A DNA stretch of 64,000 bases from NCBI RefSeq assembly GCF_009914755.1, contig NC_060929.1; one strand, 5' to 3'. The DNA is from the human T2T-CHM13v2.0 reference genome, Homo sapiens. A program made the translations under genes and the position numbers. The notes beneath the pieces were generated by a model that was not told the DNA's origin, did no database searches, and worked only from the letters and a program-made list of their open reading frames with translations. This document shows, piece after piece, positions 1 through 13,665 of the stretch. Positions within the stretch are counted from its first letter, which is position 1; each line of letters begins with the position of its first letter.

Positions 1-39
1 CAGCTATTTACTTCCATCTCTTTCAACCACGCCCCATAT

Positions 40-345
40 GATAAAAGCTTTTAACTTCTCTTTAACTTGGCCACTCTCTTCTATGAGAGTGAGGAGTGAG
101 GTCCAGTTTGATCATACACTCTTGAACACTCTTAAAACGTGGCTCCCCAAAATAAATACGATAGCCCAGATGTGATCTACCTACCTATAATTACAGATTA
201 CCTAAACCTTTTCACCAGCCAAGTGAGACTTCTGGTTTCTGTTGAAATGCTCTCCAGACAGGTCTCTCTCATCTGTTGTTCATACAATGGATGTATTGTA
301 ATGTGGATGCAAGAAATTTATATTTGCATCTATTAAATTTACCAA
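40..345. mobile_element. Possible ancient CR1/L3 LINE relic
   Basis: Degenerate resemblance (GTGGCTCCCCAAAATAAATACGATAGCCCAGATGTGATCT) to L3/CR1 sequence as I recall it; boundaries approximate. Confidence 0.3.
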
Positions 346-1554
346 CCATGTCTTCATAACAGTTATTAGTGTGCTCCCTTTTACAAGTACTTTCACAGAC
401 ATTATCTCATTTAATCCTCCCAACATGTTGATTTTAGACCATAGCTGCTACTTGGTCTATATGATCACTCCTAGTTGAAGTCTTTCCTGTATTCACCATT
501 AACACTGGAGTCTTCAGCATAATTAAAGTACTGAAGAAAAGTGAACTAAATGTCCCCTTTTGGCATTAAATAACAAACTGTGTACAGCAATGTACTAGGC
601 AAGGCAGGATGCACAGTATTGTGGAAGAGGGTCACTGTATGAACTGAAATTATTGTTGAATAGAGAGAACACAGAATAAGAGCTAATGGGAGATGTTTCT
701 GTGCATTGCTTAACAGCATATATGTCAATGGAACAATATTTTCTACAAAATATATGTTAAACCATCTCTTCTTTCTCTGCACTTAGAATGGTTGTCAAAT
801 GCAGTGGTGGGACTTTCCTCAGAGGTTTGTGTAGTCATGGATCAAATATAACACATGTATTTGAGAAAACTCTTGTAATTCTGCACTTTCATACTAGTCT
901 TTTCAAGTTCTGTTCCCACATATTGATTCTTTCTCACTATGGAAATATGAAAGCTTTGTGGTTCAAGGTGGTGCTCTCTAATCATTGGGCTGCTGCCTGG
1001 TCTGCATGACTATCCTGAGAGTCACTCTGTCGGTAGCCTTGTTCATTCAATTACTATCATCTCCACCTCATTCCATTGCTTCTACTCCCTATATAAGGAG
1101 AGTAGGCTGTCTTGTTTCTTTCTTTGTCATATTTTCCCTGTCTTCGGTCATAGATGAAATGCAGGATTGTTTTTTTTTCCTTTACAATAATCTGTACTGC
1201 ACACCTATAGAATACAGATACCAATCTATTATTAAAATTCATTGCCAAGTATTCAATTTTGAACAGAACTTTCTCCTGTTGATTATCTTAGTAGCTAAAA
1301 AAAAAATTATCAGATTTAAATCCAGTAACTGGTATGATACTTATGATACATCTTCTATTTGTTTAAGCAGCATAACCTAATGTCAAGTAAAAAGAAAAGT
1401 ATAGCTGGTTTTTGGGAAAATCATAAATAATTTTTAAAATTTAGTCTATAAATTTTTTAAGAAGTATATATATTCTTTTGGAAATCATTTAGAAACCCTT
1501 GTATCTCCTAATAAGTTAAGTGAGATTATGTGTGGGTCAAGACAGTCTGAAAAG

Positions 1555-1665
1555 GGCGTATGTGTGAATATATGTGTATCTATGATTGCATATGTGTCTC
1601 TGGGGAGGAGTGTGTCTGTGTGTGTGGAGTGTGTGTCTATGTATCTGGGTGCCTGTGGATGTGGA
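1555..1665. repeat. TG-rich low-complexity tract
   Basis: Degenerate TGTG/TATG/TCTG units seen directly. Confidence 0.7.
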
Positions 1666-2985
1666 GAGGACAGAGCATGGGGAAAAACCATACTCCTACA
1701 AATTCGTCCCCTCCATTTGGTATCAGTTCAACATGATAAATGCAAAGATGAAAAGAATATGGAGAATGTCTTGTTAATGGTAACACCTGGTTCAGGAAGA
1801 AAACATGGAGCCAAAAGCCTTTATTCCTAATTCCTCTTTCCCGCAGCTGCCAGTTGGGTGTGTCTTGCTAATAGTTTTAGTACATTTCATGAGTGCATAA
1901 CAAAGTGTAATTTTTTAAAGTAGAAAAGCAGTTGCTGGTGAGTCTACTGAAATGGTTTATTTTACAACTATTTCTACATTCAGGAACTTATATAAATATT
2001 TAATCCAACCACTACATATTTGCTTGCTTCCTCAACCACATTCCTTTACACATGGGTAGACCCTGGCTCTGCATGCCAGCCAATAAGCATAATTTATCTC
2101 ATTTGTTCTGCATCACTACTCTTTACAATAGGTGTCTTGCCTCCATTGACCACTGTAGAAAGGAAACTCGATAGTTAAGGAATTTGCTCTAGGCCATTCA
2201 GCTAAGAAGTTGTTGAATCTGATACAGATTCATTAGCCTGCACAGCCCATAATTTCCCACTCCTGTAGTGCTTCTCCAGTCTCTCTTTGATCCTTTCTTT
2301 CCTATTCTCTTTACCCTTTGACTGATAAACTTGATGACTTGAACTATATGTTGATTCCTGATAACAATTTTAATATGTAGCATTTAATGGTCAATATTTT
2401 CAACAAAATGGAAGGATTATTAGTAAAACTTGGGTTCAAATTCTTCCTCCCCTGAGCCCAGAGACGAATGAGTGAATCTTCCTTCTATTTCAGAAGAAGC
2501 TCTCAAACAATCACTTAGCTAACTTGTCTGTTGCAGCTCTGCAGAAGAACAACTCCATGTCTGTATCAAGTTTGTTAATCCTGTGTTAGGCAGGACTCTG
2601 CCTGTTGTTTGGATATATTCCACCTTCAGATGCTCCATGTTGAGGCCCATGTTTTTGCATTATCTAAATAGCATTAAGAGAAGAATCACTAAGCCATCTC
2701 CAGAGTCCTATCTGAGAAGAGTTGAGAAATGGTGGTACTCTCTGGGTCACTATAGGTGTTCCTAATCTATGCTTTTATCTTGGCTTCTCTAGCAATCTGA
2801 AGAAGATCTCTAGCTTCATTCATAGCTTGGTGATGGTATTCATGAATAGGAATGCTTGTTGCATTTAAATTTAATTTAAAACCATTGTATTGTGATGCTG
2901 ATAAAACACTGAACAAGATTAGTATCCTGGATAACATTGGGTTTACTATGCTTTGGTAAATGGATAATAATTGGGTTGCTTGTAG

Positions 2986-3284
<299 letters not shown>

Positions 3285-3410
3285 GCTTCTTGCCATTTTT
3301 CTCCACCCAGCTAAGAGGTTAGTGTTCATGAATGATCGCTTCAGCTCCTTATCTCCACTTGCAGCTTTTCATATTACCTAAGACAGCAAATTTACAGCTT
3401 GATCTAATCT

Positions 3411-3713
3411 CTTTGTTTGTTTGTTTGTTTTTTTGTTTTGTTTTGTTTTGAGACAGGATCTTGCTCTGTCACCCATGCTCACTGAAACCTTTGCCTCCTG
3501 GCTCAAGCAATCCTCCCACCTCAGCCTCCCAAGTAGCTAGGACTACAAGCATGCACTACCATGCCTGGCTAACTTTTTTTTTTTTTGTATTTTTAGTAGA
3601 GATGGGGTTTCACCATGTTGCTCAGGCTGGTCTCGAACTCCTGGGCTCCAGTGATACTCCCACCTTGCCCTCCCAAAATGCTGGGATTACAGGCATGAGC
3701 CACTGCACCTGCC
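3411..3713 (-). mobile_element. AluJ-like with (TTTG)n tail and ~30-nt deletion in right arm
   Basis: Alu consensus blocks; GAACTCCTGGGCTC J-type motif; GGCTGGAGTGCAGTGG block missing near 3475. Confidence 0.9.
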
Positions 3714-4522
3714 TTTACTACTCTTAAACCTCTTTAGAACTATCTCTGCATCCTTGACGTTAGCCTGTAGCCTAGTCATAGCCTTTTTCATTCTCTAACT
3801 CAATAATGTTCTATTTTTATTCAAAAATAGAAATAGGTAGAACAACATTTAAGATTAAAAAAGCATTTTTATTTGGAGGTTAAAAAAAAACTCCTTGCAA
3901 ATTTGTCTCTTCCCTACCCCTTTTACTTTGATAGAGCTTGAATCATTTCTTCTTCATTTGATTTAATAAAAACTTTTAAATGCTTTTACATTAAAACACC
4001 TTGTTTAAAAACAAAGAAAAAATAGAGTTGAAGAAACTTATTTTGCTTGTCTATAAATATTTGTAATACTACTGGAATTTATTGAAATGTATATAAATTA
4101 GATGTGCTAGATTAGTTACAAGAAAGTACAAAACAATGAGATTTATTTTAAAACATAGATATTATTTAGAGAACCACATAACAAAAGCAAATCCTAGAGT
4201 ATCCCTCAAGTGAAGCCATTTGAAAGAAACCTTAACTCATCATATATAATATGTAATACTTGTACAGTGATAAAATGATCAGGCTAGTTCCATGGGAAGA
4301 GTAAATACATAAGAAAGTTCACTTAATATTTATTACCTCATTAAATTACAAAGCATACAATAACATGCTATTGCACACAGTATGACTATGTCAAGTGTCT
4401 ATTAAACATAATTAAAGCCAGCAGCTCTGGGCATAATGAGATTTAGACTACATGAGAAATATTAAAAATCTACTTGCCTAAGTCCTTTTAGGCAAAATTG
4501 ATTATATCCTTTGCTCACCTAA

Positions 4523-4878
4523 TGTATTAGTTCATTCTCACACTACTATAAGGGCATACCTGAGACTGAGTAATTTATAAAGAAAAGGGATTTAATTGAC
4601 TTACAGTTCTGCATGGCTGGGGAGGCCTCAGGAAACTTACAATCATAGCAGAAGGCATCTCTTCACAGGGCAGCAGGAGAGAGAATGAGTGCTGAGTAAA
4701 GGGGGAAGCCCCTTATAAAACCATCAGATCTCATGAGAACTCACTCACTATCAGGAGAACAGCATGGGGAGACTGCCCCCATAATCACCTCCCATGAGTT
4801 CCCTCCCATGACACGTGGGGATTATGGGAACTACAAATCAAGATGAGATTTGGGTGGGGGCACAGCCAAACCATATCT
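4523..4878 (-). mobile_element. THE1/MSTA-type MaLR solo LTR
   Basis: TGTATTAG...CACAGCCAAACCATATC termini; 5-bp TSD CCTAA at 4518-4522 and 4879-4883. Confidence 0.92.
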
Positions 4879-5884
4879 CCTAAATGTTAACAAGTTCAAC
4901 TTTTAACACTAATTTATCAAAGCAGTTAAATTCTTAGAAGACACTATTTTGGTTTATTTCAATTCTATGCCACACCAAAAGCAATCAAAAATAGGTTCCT
5001 AATGAACTTAAGGACCTATGGAGGCTAACCCCAAATTCAAACTAATGAAATCTCAAAGCAGATGTGTTTTCAATAAATGTTCCTTTATCTCCACACAGAC
5101 TTTGGCAAAATCCACTTGTTCATCGTCATTTAAAAATATGGCTAAAAGATTCCACTGATTCAGATACAGAGATGCATTACATCTTCCAAGGAGTTAACAA
5201 AGGAGGATGGAAACAATGAATAAGCTTTGTTTTGAAATCCAGTATCAAAAACTTGTAAGTTCCTAGGCCTCCTTATATTTTAAGCACCCATGTAATCCTA
5301 AAAACATCTCAAAAGTACTCTTGGTATTCTGACACTGTTTTTGTCATTTCATAGCTTATAAGAGTAAATTTAAAAACCTAACTATTTAGAGACATTTTTA
5401 TACTTTGCCATTTAAAAGACATGTAAGTAGAATTTATCCTATAAAATTAAAGAATATTTTAAAAGGTTAATAAACATGTTTTAACTAAATTTTGGGGAGT
5501 AACTTTTCCTCTAAGTGTTTGGAATTGATTGAGCTTGTACATTTACTAATCAAACACAAGTCAAACACGATCTTTTTGGGACAAGATCTAGATCTAAGAA
5601 ACTCAAAGGAAAATGAATTTAGGGTTTTACATATTTAATAAGCAAACACCCATCTCTGTTTTGCTGGGTAATTGTCTTCCTAATACTCTTTTTAGGAAAC
5701 ATACACACACAGGCACACACACACAAACACACACTAAAGAGTAGGGGTAGAAACAACTAATTACTTACTAAGACATTTCTTATTGAATACTGATTTTCTT
5801 CCTGGCCTGTACCAGGCTTTGAGGATATAAAAATTATGTTTTTTCCTCACAGCACTCACACTGTTAAATAATTAATCCACTGAT

Positions 5885-6236
5885 TTCTAGACAAGTCTTT
5901 ATGAAGCACCTACTAAAGGTAAGGCACTCTGCTCAGAGGTAAGGATGTATTAATGAACCAAACAGGCCTGGTTCCTCCCTTCATGGAGTATACAGTCCAG
6001 TGGGGAGCATAGACACTCATCAGATTATCAAGCAAGTGCATGTAGAATCATCACATGGAATCCAAACGCGCGATAAGAAGTATATGGTTCTATATAAGCA
6101 CAAAAGTGTGGGATAGGATTTGGTCAAGAAAGTGAGAAAGGTGCTAATTATGTTAAAATCATAAACAGTGGGTAGATATGAGTAGGAGCATCTAGGAAAA
6201 AAGGAGAAAACAGCACATTCCCAGCAAAATAACCAG
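5885..6236 (-). mobile_element. L2 3' relic, interrupted by MLT1
   Basis: GCACCTACTA...GGCACTCTGCT...CCCTTCATGGAG...CAGTCCAGTGGGGA typical of the reverse L2 3' end. Confidence 0.7.
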
Positions 6237-6668
6237 TACTGTGGATTGACTCGTGTCCTCCCAAAATATATATTCAAGTCCTAACCCCTAGTACCATGTG
6301 ATCATACTTGGAAATAAGATCATTGCAGATGTAATTAGTTAAGATGAAGTCATACTGGAGTAGGATGAGCCCTTATTCCAATATGACTAGTGTCCTTATA
6401 TGTAGAGGAGAAGACACAGATGGGGAAGGTTGCCTTATGAAGACTGAGCCAGAGACTGGAATTATGCTACCACAAGCCAAGGAACACCTGGGCTGCCACA
6501 GATCAGAAGAGACAAGGAAAGATCCTTTCCCAAAGACCCAGAGTATAGCCCTGCCATCACCTTGACTTTGGATTTCTAGCCTTTAATTCTGTGAGACGAC
6601 ACATTTGTATCATGTTAAGCCACCTAGTCTGTGGTTCTTTGTTACAACAGCCCTAGGAAACTAATACA
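6237..6668 (+). mobile_element. MLT1 (B/C-like) MaLR solo LTR
   Basis: GTCCTCCCAAAAT...CAAGTCCTAACCCC...CAGCCCTAGGAAACTAATACA; 5-bp TSD ACCAG at 6232-6236 and 6669-6673. Confidence 0.9.
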
Positions 6669-6762
6669 ACCAGCATCAGTAAAAGCGCCGTGGCAATAAA
6701 AAACATTTCAAATAGAAAGAACCAGAAGAAATCCAGGATAGCTGGACACTGTGTGGTAGCAG

Positions 6763-6940
6763 TAGGGTTGCTGGATAAAATACAGGATGGCTAGTTATAT
6801 TTTAATTTCAGAAAACAACAAATACCCTTAGCATGTGAGTCCCATATTACATCTAGAAATCTGACAAAAATATTTGCTTATCTGAAATTTAAATTTAACT
6901 GGGCATTCTGTATTTTTATATGCAAAATCTTGCCACCCCA
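6763..6940. mobile_element. MER53 palindromic hAT-type MITE
   Basis: TAGGGTTGCTGGATAAAATACAGGA...TATCTGAAATTTAAATTTAACTGGGCATTCTGTATTTT...TCTTGCCACCC; imperfect inverted arms. Confidence 0.85.
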
Positions 6941-7507
6941 GAAAGAGGATACATGGTGAAAGTTGATGGCAAATAGGTATAGAGAAATGTCTATGCCTCT
7001 TTAGATTGTTAGATTGAAGTGGATTAAATTTGTGGGAAGTGAGAGAATGGTGACAGCAGGTATAGGCAAGCTTGCAGAAATTTAGCTGTGAAAGGTCTAA
7101 GGAGCTGAGGATAGGAATAGGAGAATGAAGAGTTGAATGAGGCTGTTTTTGTTTTTTGAGTGGAAGAGGCACATGCATGGTTAAGAGCCAGATGACAGAA
7201 TCTACCTGAGAATTTGATTATATAAAAGGCAATAAAGAAGGGATGTTAAATATTTATAGCTCATAGAAAAGTGATAAATGATGGGATACATACAAATGAT
7301 GGTTTTAGATAGAAGAAGAGGCATGTCTTCCACTGCAACAAGAAGGCAGGAGGGCAGCAATGGTTCACTGTGGATGGTTTTGAGTATTTAATATTAGGGA
7401 AATATTTAATATTTGGGATTCTCATCAGATAATCACATACTCTCTGTTTCCCATATTCTGGGAAATTCTTAACTATGATTTAATGAATAATCCTGGATGA
7501 GGTTACA

Positions 7508-7874
7508 TGACACGGTTTGGCTGTATCCCCAACCAATTCTCATCTTGAATTCCCACATGTTGTGGAGGGACCTGGTGGGAGTTAATTGAATCATGGCAGC
7601 AGATCTTTCCTGTGCTGTTCTCATGATAGCTGTTCTCATGAGATCTGATAGTATTGTAAGGGGGAGTTTCTCTGTACAAGCTCTCTCGCTCTCTCACTTT
7701 TTATTTTTTGCCTGCTGCCATCCATGTAAGATGTGACTTGTTCCTCCTTGCCTTCTGCCTTGACTGTGAGGCCTCCCCAGCCATGTGGAACTGTAAGTTC
7801 AATAAAACCTTTTATTTGTAAATTTCCCAGTTTCAAGTATGTCTTTATCAGCAGCGGGAAAACGGACTAATACA
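7508..7874 (+). mobile_element. THE1A/B solo LTR
   Basis: TGACACGGTTTGGCTGTATCCCC...AATAAA...GAAAACGGACTAATACA; flanks TTACA/GTACA (4/5 TSD). Confidence 0.92.
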
Positions 7875-10800
7875 GTACAGCCATCCATAAAACACATTTA
7901 AGGTATACTTATAGAAGTTTTGTTATGGAATTCATACAAGTGTAAGTTTGAGTTAAAAATATTTTAATGAAATCCTGGAGACAGATTTATATTCTAAAGG
8001 CTGAGAACCCTTTAAACTAACAGGCAAGTTCATATGCTAAATACCAGAAGGAACAAAACTGTTTCAGAGGTTTGAAGGGAGAGGAGGTGTAACTAGTTAT
8101 TGTGAATTGGATTGAGCAACCCAAAAGGATGTCAAGCAGTGTGAGTGGCCCACTTGAGTTTTAATCTCAACAATTTCACAATAATATAATTGCTACTTTT
8201 GTTTAATGAGAAAAATTTACATGAGGGCCATGGAGGAGGAAATAATTAGTGTAGGGTAGAAGTGAGGAGAGTCCAGACAGGTGTAAAAGAGAAAAAGCAA
8301 TGGGGCTGATCTGGCCATGAGGAATGAGTAGGATTTTTCTGGTATAGAGAAGGTGGGAATGGAAATATCTTGCCAAGTGTACTGGAAAATGGAAGCAGGA
8401 AGAAAAAAAGGTCTATTATTTAGTTCTCCTTGTGTCTGTAATAAGCTTAAATTCTTAATTTAGGGGAGCAGAGAAGAGATAATAAAAGTTGCATCAATTT
8501 GGAGGAGGGACAAATCACTGAAGGCTGAGATAGTTGAAAAGGCTTCAGAGAAGACAAGTTGGACCTGAAAGGAAGAAAGGCAAAGCCGTCCTAAGTGGAG
8601 CTGTGGTGGAAGTGTGGCAGATGAAAAGACATGGTGCTTGGAAGGCCTGGTTTTTGTTCCCAGACTTCTTTTTAGATGCCTCAATTTTTTTTTAAATTAG
8701 ATTTACATGTTTACACATTTTCTATATTCATCTTATCATCCTATTTATGTAGGTATTTGTGATTCCTAATCTTACTACAGAGGCTACCATATTTATTTTT
8801 CAGCTTCAAATTTCCCTAGAGACTTTCTTGCCCTTGGACAGCGAAGTAACCCAGAAATTCTACTCATCCAGAAAATATGTATGGGATGCCTCTTTTCCAC
8901 TCATAGCATTCTATAGGTGTGATAAGTTCTGTGAGCCATCCATATCAGAAATGGTATCGGGTGCTGTGGAATCCAACACCAGGTAGTATGGCTAATCATG
9001 GCTCCACAGGAGAGAGTTCAGAGGGAGAGTGAGCACATGGCTGGCGGGATCAAGGATAGCACCATGAGGGAGCTGGGGCTCTGCAGTGTGTTCAGCCTTT
9101 AGAAGATAAATCTGTCTCCAGGATTTCATTAAAATTTTTTCATTCAAACTTACATTTTTATGAATTCCATAACAAAATTTTTATATGTATACTTTAAATG
9201 TGTCTTATGGATGCTGTACCCTCATCCCAGGATCATTCATTCAATCACAGTTAAGAATTTCCCAGAATATGGGAAAGGGCACCCTGGGTTTTTGAGGTTT
9301 TCACTGGTTTTCAATTTTGTAAGGACAATTAGAATACTTGTTTTGTTTGTTTTTGGTATAGTACTAAATTGGTATTTTAAAAATTATATCGTTATAACCG
9401 TCTTACTTTTTTGTTGTTAAAATGTCCTTGTTTTATGAAGTAATGATGGTCAGTCAAGAGGTTTTTGAAATTTGTTTTCTCATTTTTAATGTCTATGCTC
9501 ACCAGAAATTGTCTTTCACTTCATTTGAACTTTGGAAATCTGGGAAACTCCAGTTGTTATAAAGAGTTGCATATTGTTCTCCTGAGGACTGAAGTCAAGG
9601 CTGCTTCAGGTTGTCATCAATACACATTATATTAAGGGTCACGTGTGGGGACTCTGGGTTGGGGAAGCCTCCTTTCTGCTTGTGATTTGGTTGCATGACT
9701 GTCCAGGTGAATAAAATCCACTTGAAAGCAACTAAGTCCTTTGCTGGCAGGAGTCAGAAGCCCTTCCCTTGATGAGGGCTGGAAGCCAGATGTAATGCCA
9801 AAACATGCGTTCACCTCCTCCTGCAGGGAAACAAAACAAAATGAAACAATAACAACCACCTTGGACCACTCAGCATCAGTAGCTCTGCCAGAAAACACAT
9901 TATATCTCGTGTTTCCATTCTCAGGAAATCAGTGGTGAGATTTTTATCAGGGTAATTCCATCATCACATGGGCATGGACACTGCCCTGGGCTTGTCACCA
10001 TTGAGATGGTAAGAGTCCTAGGCACTCACTCACTGCCACTCCTTCATAAGCTCTGAAATAGAGGTCTGGCCTTCCTCTGTTCCTGGCCACTTGGTCTTAA
10101 ACTGGCCAGAGAAAAATGAGCACTCTCTGCTTGAATTAGGAATCAAAGCCATTTTAAACAAATGAGAAAATCAGTTCAGGCTAGTCTTGACGAAATTAAT
10201 GTGTAATAAGAAGTCTTTCACTGTAACTAGAATTGACTATATTTCTGCTTTGGAAAAGAAGAAATAGAATATTCCATCACTACAGAAATATTCTTGTGCT
10301 ACCCTAACTTAAGGCTGTGATGTAGCTGGATTTTAACATTGAGTTAGTGAGGGTGGGGTAGGGCCTTCACTGTTGGCTGGTGCAATGAGCAAGTGCATAA
10401 AAATGGGCTATTTCCTGATTACCATCTCTCCACGGCTTATGGTCTTGTTTTCACCCTTCTTTTAATGTTGCTTCATCATAGCCTTAACAACTATCATGCC
10501 AGCACGTCAACATACTACCTTTAAGACATTATCGAAATGTGCCTCTTTTGGAGATTATGCTGAGTAGGAGCCCAGGTGTACTTCTGGAATGGACCCATGT
10601 CCTTTTCCCAGTTATCTCTCAATCGTCTGGTTTTATTAAAAACATGGCTGGATTCTGGCTTAATCCATAACCTTTTAAAAATCATCTTTCCTGAATAAAT
10701 ATGAAGTAAATTTTTCCTCGCTTTAGTGTTTTTTTTTTTTTTTCTGGCCTGAAAAAATCCATGGGTTACTAAAAACGCTTGCATTACTTAATCATCATCA

Positions 10801-10959
10801 TCTAATCAATTGCTAAAGATCTAATTGTAATAATCATTATCTAACATTTATTTAGCATTTACTATGGACTACGCATGGGGCTGAACCTGTCCTCATGTGT
10901 GTTATCCATTGGCATATGACTTACATACATGAAGTGTGACATAACATTAATAGCAATAT

Positions 10960-11155
10960 GGGTGATGTGGTGTAGAGGCTGTAGAGTTAGACACACCTGG
11001 TTCCAATCTTGACCCCCTCACTTGTTGTCTTAGGAAGTTTAATCTTTCTCAGGCTAGATTTCTTTTTCTCTAAATGAGGGACAACACTACCTGTATTGGA
11101 GAGTTACAGTGAGAATCTGAGAGCATTTATGCAGCTTTTGGCACAAAGTAAGCCT
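10960..11155 (+). mobile_element. MIR relic
   Basis: GAGTTAGACACACCTGGTTCCAATCTTG...TTTCTTTTTCTCTAAATGAGG MIR core-like. Confidence 0.6.
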
Positions 11156-11170
11156 CAAAAATCTGGTTAC

Positions 11171-11600
<430 letters not shown>

Positions 11601-11699
11601 TCACAGAATTGTGGCAAGTCAGCTTCTGAGTGAAGAATGAGATTTCTACGACAGTAGAGGTGGAGGAAGTCACATTGAATGAAATCTATTTAAGATTGG

Positions 11700-11945
11700 G
11701 GAGACTATTGTTTGTTGAAGGCCAATTATGAGTCAGGCACTATCAAAAAGTATTTTATGCACATTATCTTATATAATTCACACTGCAAGTAAACAACAGG
11801 GGAAATAATAGCTCTATTTTTTCCAGTGAGAAGTTGAGGCTGAGGAACTTTAAGTCAGTTTCCAAGATAACACTGGTAGTAAGAGGTGGGGCCTGGATCG
11901 GAACCCATTCTCTCTGGCTCCTGGGGTCACGTGCTTTCAACTGAG
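11700..11945 (-). mobile_element. MIR relic
   Basis: CTATTTTTTCCAGTGAGAAGTTGAGGCTGAG...TTTCCAAGATAACAC reverse MIR core. Confidence 0.65.
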
Positions 11946-13218
11946 GCAGGATAGTGCTGTGGTCATTAACTCACATGATAGAGCCCCGCTTTTGAGTGCA
12001 TACAGCTTTTTCTAGTTTTAGTCCTAACCTTCTGGAGGTTGTTTTCATTCCCTAGTGCAAGGGGTGGAACTCTGCTTCTCTGGAAAGTGTTTCGGCCGAA
12101 TGTTATTCCAGCTATTGTCACTCTGTGGGGGAAGGAGCCTGGAGCAAAGGTACACAGACTCTCCTCTCTGCAGGGGCCTGACAGTTCCCAGGCTGGGGCT
12201 TGCCCAGGCATGATCCACAGCACTCTGGAGTCTATAGGCAAACCTAGAAGAGAGCATCTGTGCCTGTCACTTATCCCTTTACTTGTCCTGGGTCCCACAA
12301 CAGAAAATGGTGACATTCATATTTAAAAAATGAGATCTGAAAAAAAAAAAAGCAAAACATATGTCAATGGAGGAAAAAAAGCAAAACATTTATCTGGCAC
12401 TGTGCACTGCATTTGGGATTTCACATATGTGATCTCATTGAATCCTCACTACAAGCTTCTAAGGTGCACCTTGTTTTTGTTGCAAAAATGTTAAACAGAG
12501 GCTTCCTTCAGGTCACACAGGCAAGAAGTTTCAAAACTGCAATTGACACTTAGGATGATTTAACACCAAAGATTTGACAGACACAAAAATATTAGGAGTT
12601 AAGCAAAAAGTGTTTATGTTGAGAAACTACAAATATTCTGAATAAATTAAAACAAATTGTGTTTTTCATTTTCTATCCACAAAATGCTGCTCTTTTATTT
12701 TCTTTTTTGGGATTTCTGCAATAAAACAAAATCATAAAGGATTATATAAAATCAAACAACATCAAACAGGATTTCATAATAAAACTTTTGGTCAAGTGAG
12801 GTCATACTTTATATATCGGACTTGATTTCTCACAGTGGCTCAAATAGACATCTGTTGACCAATGGAAAACTATATCTGTGAATGAGCCGTGACTTATAAA
12901 GCCTCCAAAACTCTTTGGAAAAGAAGAAATAGGAAGCACTTCGTCTTCTATTGTGTGAAAGCTGGAATGAATATGCCAGCTCAAGGATGTAAAGGCAGTC
13001 TACATCTTATGTGTGTGCTTAGCTTCTTTGTTCAGCTGTTAACAATGTATATAAGGACATGCTACTAGAATATTGTCAAGTTGTCTGTAATTTACTTTGA
13101 CATACTTCAGCATTAACATGGTGAGATGTGTGTGTTTTGGGTGGGGGGTTGGGGGGCGGTTGTTTCATACTATTCCCTGGGGTGGTTAATTGCCCTAGAT
13201 GGAAATACATTTCCATGG

Positions 13219-13665
13219 CATATTGGTTTCCTAGGGCTGTTGTAACAAATTCACACAGACTATGTGACTTAAAACAACTGAAACTTATTTTCTCACAGTT
13301 TTGGAGGCTGGAAGTCCAAAATTAAGGTGTTGGCAGGGTTGGTTCCTTCTGGAGGATCTGAGGGAGAATCTGTTCCATGCCCCTCTCCTAGCTTCAGATG
13401 GTTGCCAGCAATCCTTAATGTTCCTTGTCTTGTAGATGCATCACTTCAATCTCTGCCTCCATCTTCACAGGGCGGTCTCCTTTGTATGTTTCTATGTCCA
13501 AACTTTCCTCTTATAAGAACACCAGTGATTGGATTAGGGCTCACTCTAACTCAGTATGACTCTATCTTGATTACATCTGCAAAAATCCTATTTCCAAATT
13601 GGGTCATGTTCATGAGTTCCTGGTGGATATGAATTTTTGGGGCACACACTTCAACCCAGTTAGCA
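13219..13665 (-). mobile_element. MLT1 (B/C-like) MaLR solo LTR
   Basis: TATTGGTTTCCTAGGGCTGTTGTAACAAA...CTCACAGTTTTGGAGGCTGGAAGTCCAAAATTAAGGTG. Confidence 0.9.

Noticed and set aside
4523-7874. Two THE1-type LTRs as ends of one provirus
   Set aside because: Opposite orientations, separate TSDs and no MaLR internal sequence between them
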